A stretch of DNA of 64,000 bases from Takakia lepidozioides (taxonomy: Eukaryota; Plantae; Bryophyta), in the NCBI GenBank assembly GCA_030704615.1, contig CM060732.1:21886001-21950000 (forward strand), in the 5' to 3' direction. The position numbers and the translations under genes are program-made. Shown piece after piece: positions 50,870 through 64,000 of this stretch (position 1 is the stretch's first letter; every line of letters begins with the position of its first letter). The notes under the pieces were generated by a model. The model was given only the letters and a program-made list of their open reading frames with translations. It had not been told where the DNA came from and ran no database searches.

Positions 50870-52285
50870 CCTATGAGTAGCTTGACTCCGTAGCTTGCCA
50901 ACTGGTATGAGCAAATTCCAATACAGACCCAGGTCTATTCAATTTTGGTTCACTTCTAAGTGCTTCAAAATTCCCTTCATAGGCTAATAGGGCCTATAGC
51001 CGTGCCATACTCTATAACCGTGGATAAAGACAGGGATGGCCGCTCATTGAGGGTGTGTGTGGGTCCGTCTTATAATTGTTACACGGAAGCATACAACATA
51101 ATCTGGTCTGTTGCTCAATGGGGTCAGGCTCCTGACTGCCAGTAAGGAAAACAAGGAGAGAAAATTCACTAAAGATCCGTGTTTTACTTTGCCTGCAATT
51201 TTTGGATGGGCAGAGAAGAAAGGCCCGGGAGACACGTTTCACTTTCCGAAACAAAACCCTCGAACAGCAAAAACCCAAAATGCTAAAGAAAGGATTTTTC
51301 TGATGTAGTTGTGCAGTGCCGAGTGTTGTTGGGTGTTGGGCAGTGTTTCGGTTGTGCTGGGTTGTTAGAGACTAGTATCGCAGGGAGCATCCAGCAGCGT
51401 TTTGGATTTGCATCTGTTTCGGACAGTTTCCATCTTGCTCGGAGCTGGGAGCTCAGCCGGGAAGAGAGATTTGGAGCTTGGAGATGAGAGGAGAGACAGA
51501 TGTACTTAACTACTGCTGATGCAATCACTCGCTGGTATGGATGGTGCTGTGTTTCTTTCGAGTTTTCAAGCTGTGATTGGAATGCAGAGGTGACAGATGC
51601 GTTGGGGCATTGCTTAGGTGGATATTGTCTTAACTTGGTATGTTGTAGGGCGGAGGTGTGATGCTGGCTGGTGTGAGCTGCTCAGCAGCCTTCTCCATAT
51701 TCTGCACTAGAAGCTGGGAGTAAAGTATGTGGTTATTGGTAGTGATAGCGTAAAAGTGAGATTTTGAAAACTGGTAGGGACTAGGTTAGGTGTGCTTTTT
51801 CAGAATTATACATAGTTTCCTCCTCCTGTCGTCCAGGGACTTCTGGTGAAAGAAAAAGAAAACGGATATGGAGGAGAGAAAAGGGAGTGAGTATGCCCTC
51901 CACTGCTGACATAATTTGACTTACTACGTTCCTGACGTATGCATGCATATCTTTGAGTAGGAGGGCACTGTCCGGGTGAAATGCGTAGAGGGTGCTTCAC
52001 TGTTGCCAAGGCCACCCCTGAAGTGGCCGTTACTCGCCCTCTTGCAAGTTGATAACTGCTGTATCTGTTGCAACCCAGCGTTTCATGATTGCCTGCACAA
52101 GAGCCTTTGTTCATTTCCCAGACTCGGTAGCTGGTTCTGGCTGTCAATGTCCTACTCATGGGTTTTCCACATAATCTCTCTCTATTGCTTGTCTTGGCTG
52201 TTTCCCAGGAACTTCTCTTTCCACCCTTTCAAGAAATTTCCTCACTGCAGATGAGTAACGCAAGGTATACAATCACTACCGAGGA

Positions 52286-55200
52286 ATGGCAACGGACACG
52301 GAGCAGTATCTGGTGACTGAGGTTATTGGGGAGCTAAACAAAGTGGTCCAGGATGCACGGGAAGTTACTGTGGAGAAGGAGAGCTTTCAAAGGCTAGTTT
52401 CTTACTTGGAACAACTTCATCCCATTCTTACACAGCTCGACAATGTCAGAACTGAAGATTTACTACCCGGGATACAGACTGCCTTGAAAGGTATCCAGAC
52501 TGAGCTGCAAAAGGTTCACCCCCTTCTGCAGCTGTGCAGAAGCAAGAGTCGTCTTTACTTGCTCACACAATGTCGGTCCTTGGTGAGAGACATCCAGGAA
52601 ACCACCCATGGCATTGGCAAATGGCTGTCATTGGTTCCATTGGCAGGGGCATCACAGATTGCGGAGCTGAGCAAGAGGACCGATGATCTAGCCAGGGAAA
52701 TGCAGCGAGCTCATTTCATGGTATGCTCTCCTTCCATCAACTGCAAAGTGAGTAAGATGTATATCAGTGTGCATAGTAAGGTAGACGAAAACCTGTTAGG
52801 ACAACCTGTCAGGTTGTTAGAACAATCCTCAGTGTGACCAGTAGTATGCAGACACTTAACCCACTGTTACCTTGTCCATCAAAGAGCTTCCAAAGGTACT
52901 GCAATTGGTTTTTGTGCATCTTAATGACATTCTCCATCATTTCTAGCACCCTCTCTCTTGGTTCTCTCTCCCTCACATTCATGCAATGAGGCATATTTAC
53001 AAGCTCGCCTTGAAGCAATGTATACCTGCTGGGATTGTATCCTATCCATAGTGTGATAAGTGATTCAGAATACTAGGCAATGATAACGTAGGAAAATCTA
53101 TGTAGGTCTCAGAGAACAAGGAGCGTATCTGCCTGGCTCTTGAGAGGGAGGCTCAAAGTCCAAAAGCAGACAAGTCAGACAAGGCAGTGCAGAATGCAAT
53201 CATCATGGACATTGTGCGTGCCCTGGGACTTGACTTGGAGAAGAACAGGGAGGGTCTGTCTGATCAGCTAAAGCTACTACAGAAGGAACTGCCAGACTGC
53301 AAAGACGAGTGCGGATCGCAGCTACTGGAAACCATTGAGCGCCTTTGTCAATCCTGGACCCCGGTGCCTGAGGTACCCCACCGGCACAGCATTACGGATC
53401 CTGGTGATAACGAGCCCATACCTCCCTTTGAGGCCTTTCTATGTCCGCTAACTAAGCAGGTCTGTGGTTTACTTCTAGCACATTGTCACTGGATTTAACT
53501 GATTGAGCTCTCTTTCTCAGGAAAATGATTTCGTTCTTTCTCAAACGTTTTAAAGTGTCATTTCATTTCCCTCCTCTCTTTTCTGTAATGAAAAGTAAAC
53601 TCAGCAACTCAGCAACTCTTCACAGCAACTCAGCAAAGCCAAGGAAAACCAGAAGGCCAGGCACAGCCCAACAAAAGAAACAAAGGGCTCAAACCGAATG
53701 CGAAATCCCCAGAAAGCAAGAAGCACATCAATCTTGTGGCACAAGTAACTTCCAGAGCCAAAAACTGCAAAGGTAGCAGCCTGAAGAAGAAAGCGCTGAC
53801 ATTCAAAGATCACATTTATGACGGGTAGAAACATCCTCACCCAAAGAACAGGGCCAAAGGATGGAGACTCCTCTCTTCTACAGAAGCACCAAGGGGAGTT
53901 GAACCAGCCAGGCCAGTGGAAGAGTACATCGCACAAACTACTCCTAACCTTCCTGTCTGGGCTCAGGAGCCTCCAGGATACAAGCCGTAGTCTTTGTGCA
54001 GCGTTCCCGCCTGCCAGGGTGTCTCTTTCTCTCTCCCCATGTCCCTCTTCAGGCTTTTTGTTCCCTCTTGTTACACCCAAACCTGGCGCAGGGTTTATTG
54101 CCACAAGGCTACGGCAAACAACTCCCTGAGTACAACTTGTTCAGGCTTTTTGTAGACATGCCTTCTTCTTCTTTGTCTCTGGTGACTTGATTTTGTTTTT
54201 CTGGCAATTTTTGGCATTGAGAGATGGGGGAAGGAAAAAGGCTCACAGTAATGGTGACTCGAGGTTGATGAAGGTTAAGTGCACTAGAGGAAGGCAATTC
54301 GCTCACAGACTACATGGAACATTTCAATGGGCATGGTATGGACCCTTGTTTCCTTCACAGGTATGCCTAGTTCTACAGACGGGTATTTTACAGGGAGCAG
54401 GATTTAAGCAATTCAGATGTGCAGGTTATGAAGGATCCAGTGGTCCTGGATTCAGAGATAACATATGAGCGAAGTGCAATTGAGCAATGGTTTGAGGCCT
54501 GCCGGGAAGAAGGACGAGCACCCTGTTGCCCTTTGAGTGGTCAAATTCTGACGTCGCTTGAATTGCGGCCCACCCTGGTACTGCGCCAGACCATTGATGA
54601 GTGGAATCGGCGCAATATTAGCATCCGCATGCGCCTGGCTGCCACCCACCTTGGGCCGGCTTCATCGGTATATGCCTGCCCTCCCGTGCCCACACTTGTA
54701 ACCTTGTTTAATATTCTGTACAGGTAAAATATGCTGGTAGACTGTTGGTGATGCATGCGGGTATCATTCTGTACTTCCTGATATCCAAAGATTTGAAAAG
54801 AAATGTTTCTTCAATGAAGAGTATTTATCGAGGAGGGTTGGAGAGACTCATGCAAGTTTTGAATCATCAACTAAAATTATCAATTAAGGAACTTTCTTGA
54901 AACCTGCAGCAGTGTAAGATTGTAATGTAAGACTTTTTTCCTTTTGGAGAAAATGGCTCTGAAGGGAGGTGTCACTTGAACTGGAGCAGGTAGAGGAAAA
55001 CAAGTATGCACTGGATGAGATAATACAACTTGCGGACGACAGTGCAATAAACCGCTGCAAGCTGAAAGAAGCGGGCCTAATCCCTCTTGTAGTAGGGCTA
55101 TGGCAACGCCACTCTAAGACAGGAACACAACTGCGCAGTAGTGCACTCAATGCTCTCCACAGTATTGCCGTTGATAATCACGAAAACAAGGTGTGCTTGG

Positions 55201-58200
55201 AGTCGCCTCCTGATGCTCATTCTGCAGCGCTCTCCCTTCTTCTCATTCTACAGCCTTTTTGGCTGTGATTCTAACTCTAATAGTGAGGCGTTTTCTAAAG
55301 AATGGAAGGATACAGTAGAAAGAATGTTCCTAGGATCCAAGAAAGCCCTGATGAACTGGACTATTTCACAAAGGAATACAACGTGCCCATTAGTTCTTCT
55401 GAGGTTGCTGGAGCAATAGAACATCTAAATGGCAATAAAGCTGGTGGGTGTTGGGATTGACAACGAGCTAATTAACAAGGTGTGCTTGGAGTCGCCTCCT
55501 GATGCTCATTCTGCAGTGCTCTCCCTTCCTCTCTCTCTACAGCCTTTTTGGCCGTGAATCTAACTCTAATAGTGAGGGGTTTTCTAAAGAATGGGAGGAT
55601 TCAGTAGAAAGAATGTTCCTAGGATCCAAGAAAGCCCTGATGAACTGCAGTATTTCACAATGGAATACAACGTGCCCACTAGTTCTTCTGAGATTGCTGG
55701 AGCAACAGAATATCTAAATGGCAATAAAGCCGGTGGGTGTTGGGATTGACAACGAGCTAATTAAGCATGGTGGCAATCCTATGGTAGAGGCCCATGCCCC
55801 TCCTCTTTAACTTATTTGGAAGAAGGAAATGATACCCTTTTGCTGTACAGAGGCTGTCATTGTCAATCTGTATAAGAAAGAAGAGCCAGGGTTTAGCGCA
55901 GTTGGCAAGTTATTTTGTAGGATAATAAGCACCGTCTTGAGGTTGATATGGAGTCCAGAATTCGGCGTGGACATACTTTTGTTGAGAAAAATTGGGTATT
56001 CTAGAGTTTATGCATTTGTGTTGAAAAATAGAGGTGACATGCTCCATAGTCCTACGCCAGGAAGCAACACTAGCCTTTCAGTCAAATAAGGTAAGTCTCT
56101 ATAGTTGAATTGTGACATATTTGTTCTCTACATGAAGGACGCAATGGTGGAACTGGGGGTGTTGAAGCTAGCAGTAAAGAGCCTGGGCAGCAGCCTGGAC
56201 CCTGAGAAAGAGAGTGCTGTTGGATTGCTCTATGAGCTATCGCTGGAGCCACACATATGTACAAGGTTGGGATCCGAGAAGGGTGCTATCCTGTTCCTGG
56301 TTGGTGTCACCTCCAACACCAACGAAAATAGTAAGGTGGCCAGTCTTGCCGAACAGACACTCAACAATCTGGAACAGGTGGATGCCACTGTGTTTCAAAT
56401 GGCTGAGGCTGGGCGCTTGCGGCCTCTCCTCACTCGCCTCTGTGAAGGTATAAGCTCTCTCTTCATCTTTGGGCATAGTTTTGATTGTTTAGAAGTGATT
56501 TTCTGGTGGTTCTACTTTGTTCCATGGGCCCTGAGAGCTCCCTGCGGACATTTATGAAAAGAAATCTTCATAGGGATTGAGACCAAAGAGCATTTATTCT
56601 TCCCTAATGTCCTCTCTACTATGAGATCTGGGGTGAATACTATTGGCTATTCCGGAACAGTTTATCCCTTGCTGAGATCTTTCATTACTAGGACCAGAAA
56701 TACCTGGCTACATACATACATGAGGCTCTCCACCTTAAAGGATCTCTGGATGTTGAATAGTGGGATTTGGGGGTGGTTAGTTATTTTTGGGCTGCTTGTG
56801 GAGGGCCCCTTTCTCTTTCTTGTTTATAATGTATCATCTCATTTCATTTCATTTCTGTCTCTCTTTAGTCGAGAGGACGCCGGGTTCTTAGTGTACTTCC
56901 CTCCTGAGGGCATTGGGGCTGTTCAGGGTGGGCTCCCACAATCTACGCATAGAGACTGGCAGATGGGAGAACCTGCAATGGGAGGACCGCCTATGGGCGC
57001 AACCAGGAAATTGAAACTGAAGAACACCTCTTCTTTTATTTCCCTCTATATTATGAGATCCGTGGGAGATTCCACTGTCTATTGCGTGGAACTCAAATTC
57101 TCACTGAAGTCTTGACCCTTAGACAATCCCTTGAGTAGTAGTAGCTTTTGGGCTGTTTTTTGGCTCTGGTTTTGTTTCCTCTCTTGTTTTTGCCATTTTG
57201 TCCCATAAGCTCTTTGAGCTTTCTGTGGATGTTATAAAGTACCATTTCATTTCATTTCATTTCATTTCTACTGTCCTATGGGCCCCTTGGCCTCGAAAGG
57301 ACGTAGTAAACTTCCTCATTTCTTTCTTCTCTCTTGCATTGAACTTGGAGACACAAGATTCTGAAGTGGTACCACCTCTGTATCATGTTTTCCACTTTCC
57401 TCATGTCTCTTCAGAGATTGCTCATCCTTGGCAGAGCCATTCAGTTATGAGGATCGGATGCGCTTGGCACCCTACCTAAATGATGGTTTCCACCTCTAAC
57501 GATTGATAGATAGGAACCTAACCATTAGTTTCTTAAATCAGTGTTTCTCTTGGTGTCTCATTTCCTCTTTCAGCTTGTGCATGTGAGATATTGGTTAATC
57601 CCACCTTTAACTTCCCCTACCCCCTGCGGTGTAAATCTCTTGCTCTTGTGATGGACATGGCAGGTTCTGAGGAGACCCAAGTGAAGATGGCAGAACACCT
57701 GGCACAGATGACTTTGACAACCACCAGCAAGGAATTGGTGGCTCAAACTGGAGCCCGAGTACTAGTAAAAATGCTTCCTACCAACTTGAAAGCAAGGGAA
57801 GCTGCTTTGGGTGCACTCTCCAACCTCGCATTATCAGAGGGGACCACATCTGTGCTTATCAAGGCAGGAATCTTGGCCCATCTTCTCATCATCATGATAT
57901 CAGAAAAAAATCCAGCACCTGCAGACCTGAAGCAGATGGCTGCTAGTACTCTTGCAAATCTAGTTTCTGCACCAGGGAACTGGGAGAGAGCTAAAGTAGA
58001 TAAAGAGGGCCACACCATACAATCAGAAAAGATTGTGCACAACTTGGTGGGCCTGCTCTCCCATGAGGAGACTCCCTGGAAGGACAAGCTGCTGCAGACA
58101 TTGTATGGCATGGCTTCCTCCCCGCAGACGGCAGGTTTGTTAAGTTCCATTCTCTTCCAGCTTTTTTTTGTCTTTAGGTCCCTTTCTTTTATTCTTTCCT

Positions 58201-61200
58201 TCTTCTCTCTCTGTTCCAGCCTGTTACTGTGCCAAAGTAGTTATGTTTTGTCTGGCATCCCGTCCTTGGTTCTTCCCCGACATTTCTTTCCTTTTTCTGG
58301 TCAAACTCAACCAACCAAAATCTCCCTGCTGATTGACGAGAGATTGGTCATATCTTACACATATATGGGAGTGGTTTATTCAGGCCCCAAAACTTCAAGT
58401 TGGCAAATGGAGCTATGGACAGACTGACAAAGGGCAATACGGCCTCTGAAAATGGACACAAATCCATCTTCATCATGAATGAGTGGCTCTTTGACTCGAT
58501 TGCTCTCTATCACTGTGAATTCTGGGATCTTGGGGTCCATGTTTCCAGGTGGGACAAGAATCTTGAGCCTTCCAGGCATCATTCTGTCAATGAGTGCTTG
58601 GGGCTAGGCACACAAGAGCCTTTCAGATCCTATATGCTGAATTTACCTGCCTACCCCTAGATCTCGACGTCGTATTTCGCCTCAAAGTCTTCTTCACAAG
58701 GTTGGGATCTGTCCCACCTTAATACTATGAGACTCAAAGCAGCTGGTTTAAGGACCTGTTGGTATGCCTGGTTTCCAGAAACAGCCTCTCTGCAACATTT
58801 ATACTGCCTAAATTCCCTGGATGTCTGGAAGTCTCCAAGCATGACAAGAAAGATTCATTAGGCAAGAGGACTCCTCATCAAGCAGACCTAGAAATCAACT
58901 ACACCCCTCATAACTATGTAATAGTTCTATCGAAACACCTTCCTTGTCCTCTATGAGGATAGAATCTTACAGCCCAATTATTGTTTGCACGTCTCTCTTC
59001 CTCTCTTCTCTGGGCATTTGGACAATGAGGGTGGGGTTATATAACCTGAGGATACTGGGATAAGCTGCAGCTTGCTGAACGCTGTTGCCCTGCTTGCACT
59101 ACATTGAGGGTACACTTTTTCTTCCACTGTCCTCTCTACTACAAAATCTGGGCCATGAACTTTCTTTTGTCCTGTGAGGTCTTTAGCTTCCCATGGATGT
59201 TATAATTTTCATTTCTTTGTTTCTTTGTTTCTTTGGCTTTGACTCTTAAGTCAATCCCTTGAGCAATAGTTGGTTTTGGGCTACTTGTGGAACCCTTCTC
59301 TCTTTCGTGTTTCATGCTTTCTCTTGTCCCATAAGTTCTTTGAGCTTCCTGTGGACGTAGTAAAGGATCATTTCATTTCCGAATTACCTGTCTGCAGCTC
59401 TATCTCCCTCTCTTCTAAGGGCATTGGGAAGGTTTAAGGCGGGCTCTCACAGTCTGTGGATGGACACTGGTAGGTGGGATAAGCTGCAGCGTGATGGCTG
59501 CCTGCGCCCCACTTTTGGTGGGGATGACAGGTGCGAAGTTGAGAATGAAGAACATCTCTTCTTTCACTGTCCTTTCTACGATGAGGTCCAGGGGAGATAC
59601 TATTATCTATTCCAAGATGACCAATCTCTCACAGAGGTGTTGCATTGTGAGGATCAGAAATGCTTAGCAGCTATCTGCACAAGGCATTAACTAGACAGTT
59701 GTTTTTGGGCTGCTGATTTAGGGCTCCATTTTCTTTATTGTTTCATGCTTTCTCATGTCTGACAAGCTCTTTGAGCTCCCTGCAGATGTTATAAAGTATC
59801 ATTTCGTTTGTTTTCTATCTGTCTTCCTCCTGCATAGTGTAACAGTTGTCCAACCACTGTCAAGCACATTATGAAAGCTTTCCAATGATGCTCATTGATC
59901 AATGTTGGCCATATCACAGAGGTTGTGGCGACACACATAAGGAGTGGGAAAGGAATTGCCACACTGGTGGCCTTAATGCAGGATCCTGATGCAAATTATC
60001 GGCTGCACGCATTACGGCTGCTGGGCGTGCTGAGCATACGCTTAGGTACTGACATAGCAGTATCCATCCGTAGCACACAGCAGCTTAAGCTCCTCAGGGA
60101 GCTTCTGAAGGGAAGCGGAAAGGGTCTCTTAGAGGAGCGGACAGCAGCTGCCACCATCCTGGCCAACATCCCTTTGACAGAATTCGAGGTAAAAGGACTT
60201 TTGTAAGTCTGAACTCTGTCTACAATTTAGTGCTGACACATATCTATCTAGTGATCTACGCAGAAAACACATGCATAAGATTTTTGTACCTTAGTTGTTA
60301 AGACAGAGTTCTCTCCAAACCAAGTCCAAGGCCAAAAGACTTATTGACATGCACAATGCAAACGTTCAATTTCTGGAGCTCTATTGATTGGTTGCAGGTG
60401 GTCCGTGTGCTTGAGGCAGACCTACTGCCATGGACAGTGACAACACTCATGGATTCCAAGAGCGGGAAGTTGGGAAAGGTGTCAGGACGTTTGGGTTTTG
60501 CTATGCAAGAGGGCTTAGTGGGGGTGCTATTGCACTTCGCACGCAACTCGAATGCAAGCATTCTTGACGCAATGAGAGATCAGCAACTTCTCACAGTGTT
60601 TTTGGAGCAGCTTGTTCCACAATCCCCACCCCTGGTGAAGGAACGGGCAGCATTGGGCCTCCAGATGCTTGCAGAGAAGTCATACTTGTTTACCACCAGG
60701 GATCCAGAACCAGTTCCACCCAAAGGGTTTTTTGGATCTTGCATGGTTGTGTTCCGCAAACCAACACCTCTTCCCCAGGTCTGTCCAGTCCACAGGGCCA
60801 TCTGTGAAGCTAACATCACTTTCTGCCTGATCACTGCAAAGGCAGTGGTGCCACTTGTTGAGCTCTTGGAGGAAGAGCAGGAACGTGGGGTCCAGGAGGC
60901 TGCAATTGGAGCACTGTCTACTCTCATTTCCGACACTGTGAACCTACAGGGTGGCGTTGAAGAGCTCGTGAAGGCCGAGGGGGTGCAGCCTGTGTTTGAC
61001 TTGTTCTACTCTGTTCGCCAAGGGGCACTGCAAGAGAGAACTGTCTGGATGATAGAGAGGATTCTACGCATAGAGGAGTATGCTCAAGGGCATGCAATTG
61101 ACCAGGGTCTGTTCAAAGCGCTGGTGGAAGCTTTCAAGAGTGGCAATCCTACAACACGGGCACTCGCCCAAGATGCCCTTACCCATCTCAAGCAACTGTC

Positions 61201-61246
61201 TGGAGTAAGTACAGGCCCCAAGGGAAAGTCCAGGACGAGGCATTAG
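52286..61246 (+). CDS. U-box/ARM-repeat E3 ubiquitin ligase, PUB43/PUB44(SAUL1)-like, ~1043 aa
   Basis: Exons 52286-52720, 53106-53459, 54425-54667, 54990-55190, 56138-56447, 57664-58134, 59920-60188, 60398-61246; all GT-AG and phase-consistent (3132 nt). U-box FLCPLTKQ|VMKDPV..TYERSAIEQWF..CP, ARM repeats, CPVH..C..FCL motif. Confidence 0.92.
53860..54135 (+). mobile_element. Truncated LINE 3' end in intron 2
   Basis: GCCACAAGGCTACGGCAAACA..TGAGTACAA is shared with 62239-62273. Confidence 0.6.
55185..55764 (+). repeat. 289-bp tandem duplication spanning the exon 4 donor and a LINE RT remnant
   Basis: AACAAGGTGTGCTTGGAGTC at 55185 and 55474; both copies end GACAACGAGCTAATTAA. Remnant AIEHLNGNKAGG..IDNELIKHGG..VIVNLYKK extends to ~55950. 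Confidence 0.9.
56500..59805 (+). mobile_element. Several 5'-truncated RTE-like LINE 3' ends with (CATTT)n tails in introns 5-6 (span also includes exon 6)
   Basis: TGT(C/T)C..GGA(C/T) hairpin plus CATTT tail near 56520, 56850, 57200-57268, 57272-57320, 59170-59215, 59325-59380, 59756-59805; C-terminal motif ENEEHLFFHCPFY at ~59540. Confidence 0.7.
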
Positions 61247-61479
61247 GTCTGCTTTTTAGGATCACCTCCTATATTCTGACAAGGTACACCTTAGAAATGA
61301 AATTTGTAGTAGATTACATCTCTTAAATCACATACGGCACAGTGGCACTTTCCATACCCCTACTGGAGGTCAGAGTGTGAAATAGAGTAAGAGATTGTAA
61401 ATTATATGCTAGATAGGATCCACGGAGAAAATTGGAAGCAGAAGCAAAGATGCAGGCGCTGCCTTTGTGTTCATTTACC

Positions 61480-62273
61480 TGATACATTTTGCATAGTGTA
61501 CAGCCTCTATTACTAAATTGCATTAACTCATCGACTCTATATCTTGGAAACAGGACTGCCCTGTCAAACAGGCTAAGTCCTGGCAGAAGAGAGTAGAAGA
61601 GATCCTCAAGGACCTGGACCTGGATCCGCAAGTCTTGACCCTGCTGGATAAATCTGACGTAGAGGCTGTAGTGTCCTCAGCCATGTCTGTTGCCATGAGA
61701 TTGTCTGATGAAAATGAAGTTAGGCAGAAAACTTCCCTGAACTTGTTTCCAGTCTGTGACTGGGGGAGGACATCTTGGATGACCTCAAGGGTCTACCCAC
61801 TCTCGGCACTAGACTGAAATTTAAACTCAGGGCAGGAAGCCTACCTTTGCACAGCAAACAGAAGCAGAGAGGAAAGGGAGAGTGCAATTGCCCGTTGTGT
61901 GGGCAATCTGAAGACAGTATTCATTTTCTGATACACTGTCCGGGGTTCTCTCACCAAAGAGACGCTCTCTTCAAATCTCTTAAGGGTATTGTGCCTGTAC
62001 CCCTGTTTAACAACTTTGAAAGTCTCGAGGCTGAGCCAAAAGCCCAGGCCCTCCTGAGGCCTAGTTTTTGGGCAAATCACACAGCAGATTGATGCTTGTG
62101 TGAAGGGATTTCTAGAGGATATCTGGAAAACCCGGATTAATTCTATATATGGAGGTAAGTCTTACTACCAACGTCAGCCCCTGACAGAGGTAGGTTCTGT
62201 CCCTTTTGTTCCAGCTCAAACTGGGCGCGGGGTCAATGGCCACAAGGCTACGGCAAACATTTTATGAGTACAA
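61480..62273 (+). mobile_element. 5'-truncated LINE (RTE/RTEX-like) 3' portion
   Basis: LKFKLRAGSLPL..CPLCGQSEDSIHFLIHCP zinc-knuckle end, followed by a 3' UTR shared with the intron 2 copy. Confidence 0.7.
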
Positions 62274-62659
62274 TCTATTGCATTAACACGGCTCAAATGT
62301 AGAAATGGTGTGTTCCCAGTAATGGCACTAACACATCTTCCTACTTGTAAGTGTGAGAGCCAAGGATAATAATGGATCTCTTGTACTGTAGATCTGAAAG
62401 CATGAAAGCATCAGAGTACTTGTGCCTAGCAATGAATTTTTGGCCAGCTTATTGCAGTCGCACAGAACAATTACCATTGTTCTTTAAATCGGTATGCATG
62501 GCATAGAAATAGATGGACAAGCTGTTCTCATTCCCACATTTGTAAACAAAGCTGCAAGGAATCCCCACCAGTTCTTGTTTTTCACATCAATCTCCCCTCT
62601 TTCTCTGAGTATGCACAGTCTTTGTACCATTCCCCAACCCAAACTCCTTCTCCTATAAC

Positions 62660-64000
62660 CTCTAAACCCCTTCACTTCTCTCTCTTTACTACAGCCAATG
62701 TCAGTAAGGCAATCAAGAAGCTGCAAAATGGCAGAGCGGTGGACATTTCAGGACACGGTGGACACTTCAGAGTGAATTCATCAAGCATGCTGCACCTACT
62801 TTAGCCCCTTTTATAGCTAACCTCTTCAATGAGGCGGTGCAACGGGGCTTTCCAACAGAGTGGACAAAGAGCATCATCCACCCACTTTTTAAGAGCGGTG
62901 ACAGGCTCGCACCGACAAACTATCGTACTATCATGGTGTCCTCATTACTTGCTAAACTGTTTGGGGCAGTAGTGGCCATGGAACTGGATGATTGGGCTGA
63001 GTACTCTCGCATTCGTGCTGAGGGACAGGCTGGTTTCCGTCGAAACCAATCCACTATTGACCACATCTTCACTCTTCAAGTTATGGTGGAAAGTGCACGC
63101 TATGACAAAAGAATGGTCTATGTTTGCTTCGTGGACTTTCACAAAGCCTTTGATTCAGTTCCTCGGGACCTTCTCTTCCAACGGCTCCATAGAGTGGAAG
63201 TCCCTCCAGACATCCTTTGTGCCATCTCTTCTATGTATGAGATTGTCACTGGCATGGTCAACGTCGCTGGTGAATTCTCAGCCGAGATCCATAGCAACAT
63301 TGGAGTCAAACAGGGCTGCCCCCTTTCACCTACCCTGTTCGGGATCTACATTGACGCCTTGGAGAATTACATATCAAGAAACCATGGGGTTGGGGTCCCA
63401 TTGGATGGGGGACCAACCCAATCAGATCTCCTCTATGCTGATGATGTTGCCCTTTTGGCACAATCCCCGGTCTTTCTGCAACGCCATCTCAAAATTTTGG
63501 AACAGTTCTGCAAAGACTATGGGATGCAGGTCAATCTTAGCAAGACCAAGATCATGGTCTTCAATGGCCAGGCTGATCGTAGATTCATCTTCAACCAGCA
63601 GGAAATTGAGATTGTGAAATCATATCGGTATCTAGGTCTGGTTATCCACTCCCCCAAGTTTCACTTTGCAGCCACTGCCTTGGACAGGTTGACTAAAGGT
63701 AAGGCGGCCTCCGTCCGCCTTCAGGCCAAATGCAAGCAAATACATCTGCGGCATCCCCCGACCAAAAAGTGGCTGTTTGACACCGTCGTCAGCCCTGCTA
63801 CCATCTATGGTTGTGAGTTCTGGGCACTTGGTGTCCCTGTCTCCTGGTGGGAAAAGAATTTGGAACCATTACAGTCATCTTTTCTCCAAGCAATGCTTGG
63901 CGCCAGGAGCACAACTCCATCTCAGATCCTAGGTGCAGAGTTCGCATGTGTACCATTGCAATCCAAGGCCCTCTTCAGGCTTACAATCTTTCTCCATAGA
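62660..64000 (+). mobile_element. LINE (RTE/RTEX-like) reverse transcriptase, open to the window edge
   Basis: IHPLFKSGD..NYRTI, QAGFR, FVDFHKAFDSVPR, GVKQGCPLSP, LLYADD, VNLSKTK, YRYLG; no stop seen from ~62770 to 64000. Confidence 0.92.

Noticed and set aside
62988-63617. 209-aa ORF
   Set aside because: Shadow frame of the LINE RT, whose true frame runs off the window.

Overview
Repeat-dense eukaryotic nuclear DNA, most likely from a non-seed land plant (inferred from PLS-type PPR scraps, a plant U-box/ARM gene, and CRE, RTE and Helentron elements). 1-24559: two nested copies of one Athila-like (non-chromovirus) Ty3/gypsy family. Copy B (8077-20618, TSD CAGGG) sits inside the extra ORF of copy A. 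Both carry a short ORF before gag and a ~1250-codon sense ORF after pol. 24.6-51 kb: gene scraps (B3, PPR, RPA70N, FCP1-like), an internally deleted endonuclease-encoding Helitron (Helentron) with an RPA gene, a near-full CRE-clade RLE non-LTR element, a solo LTR and MITE-like foldbacks. This stretch also holds an intron-containing, nearly intact Crypton/DUF3504-type tyrosine recombinase gene (39630-42301) flanked by candidate recombination-site motifs, which is the best candidate for an undescribed system. 52286-61246: an intact 8-exon U-box/ARM E3 ligase gene (PUB43/44-like) whose introns hold stacked RTE-like LINE 3' ends. A LINE RT runs off the right edge. Many 1-bp homopolymer indels suggest some frameshifts are assembly errors. 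All family calls come from motif recognition by eye, and identity figures are visual estimates.
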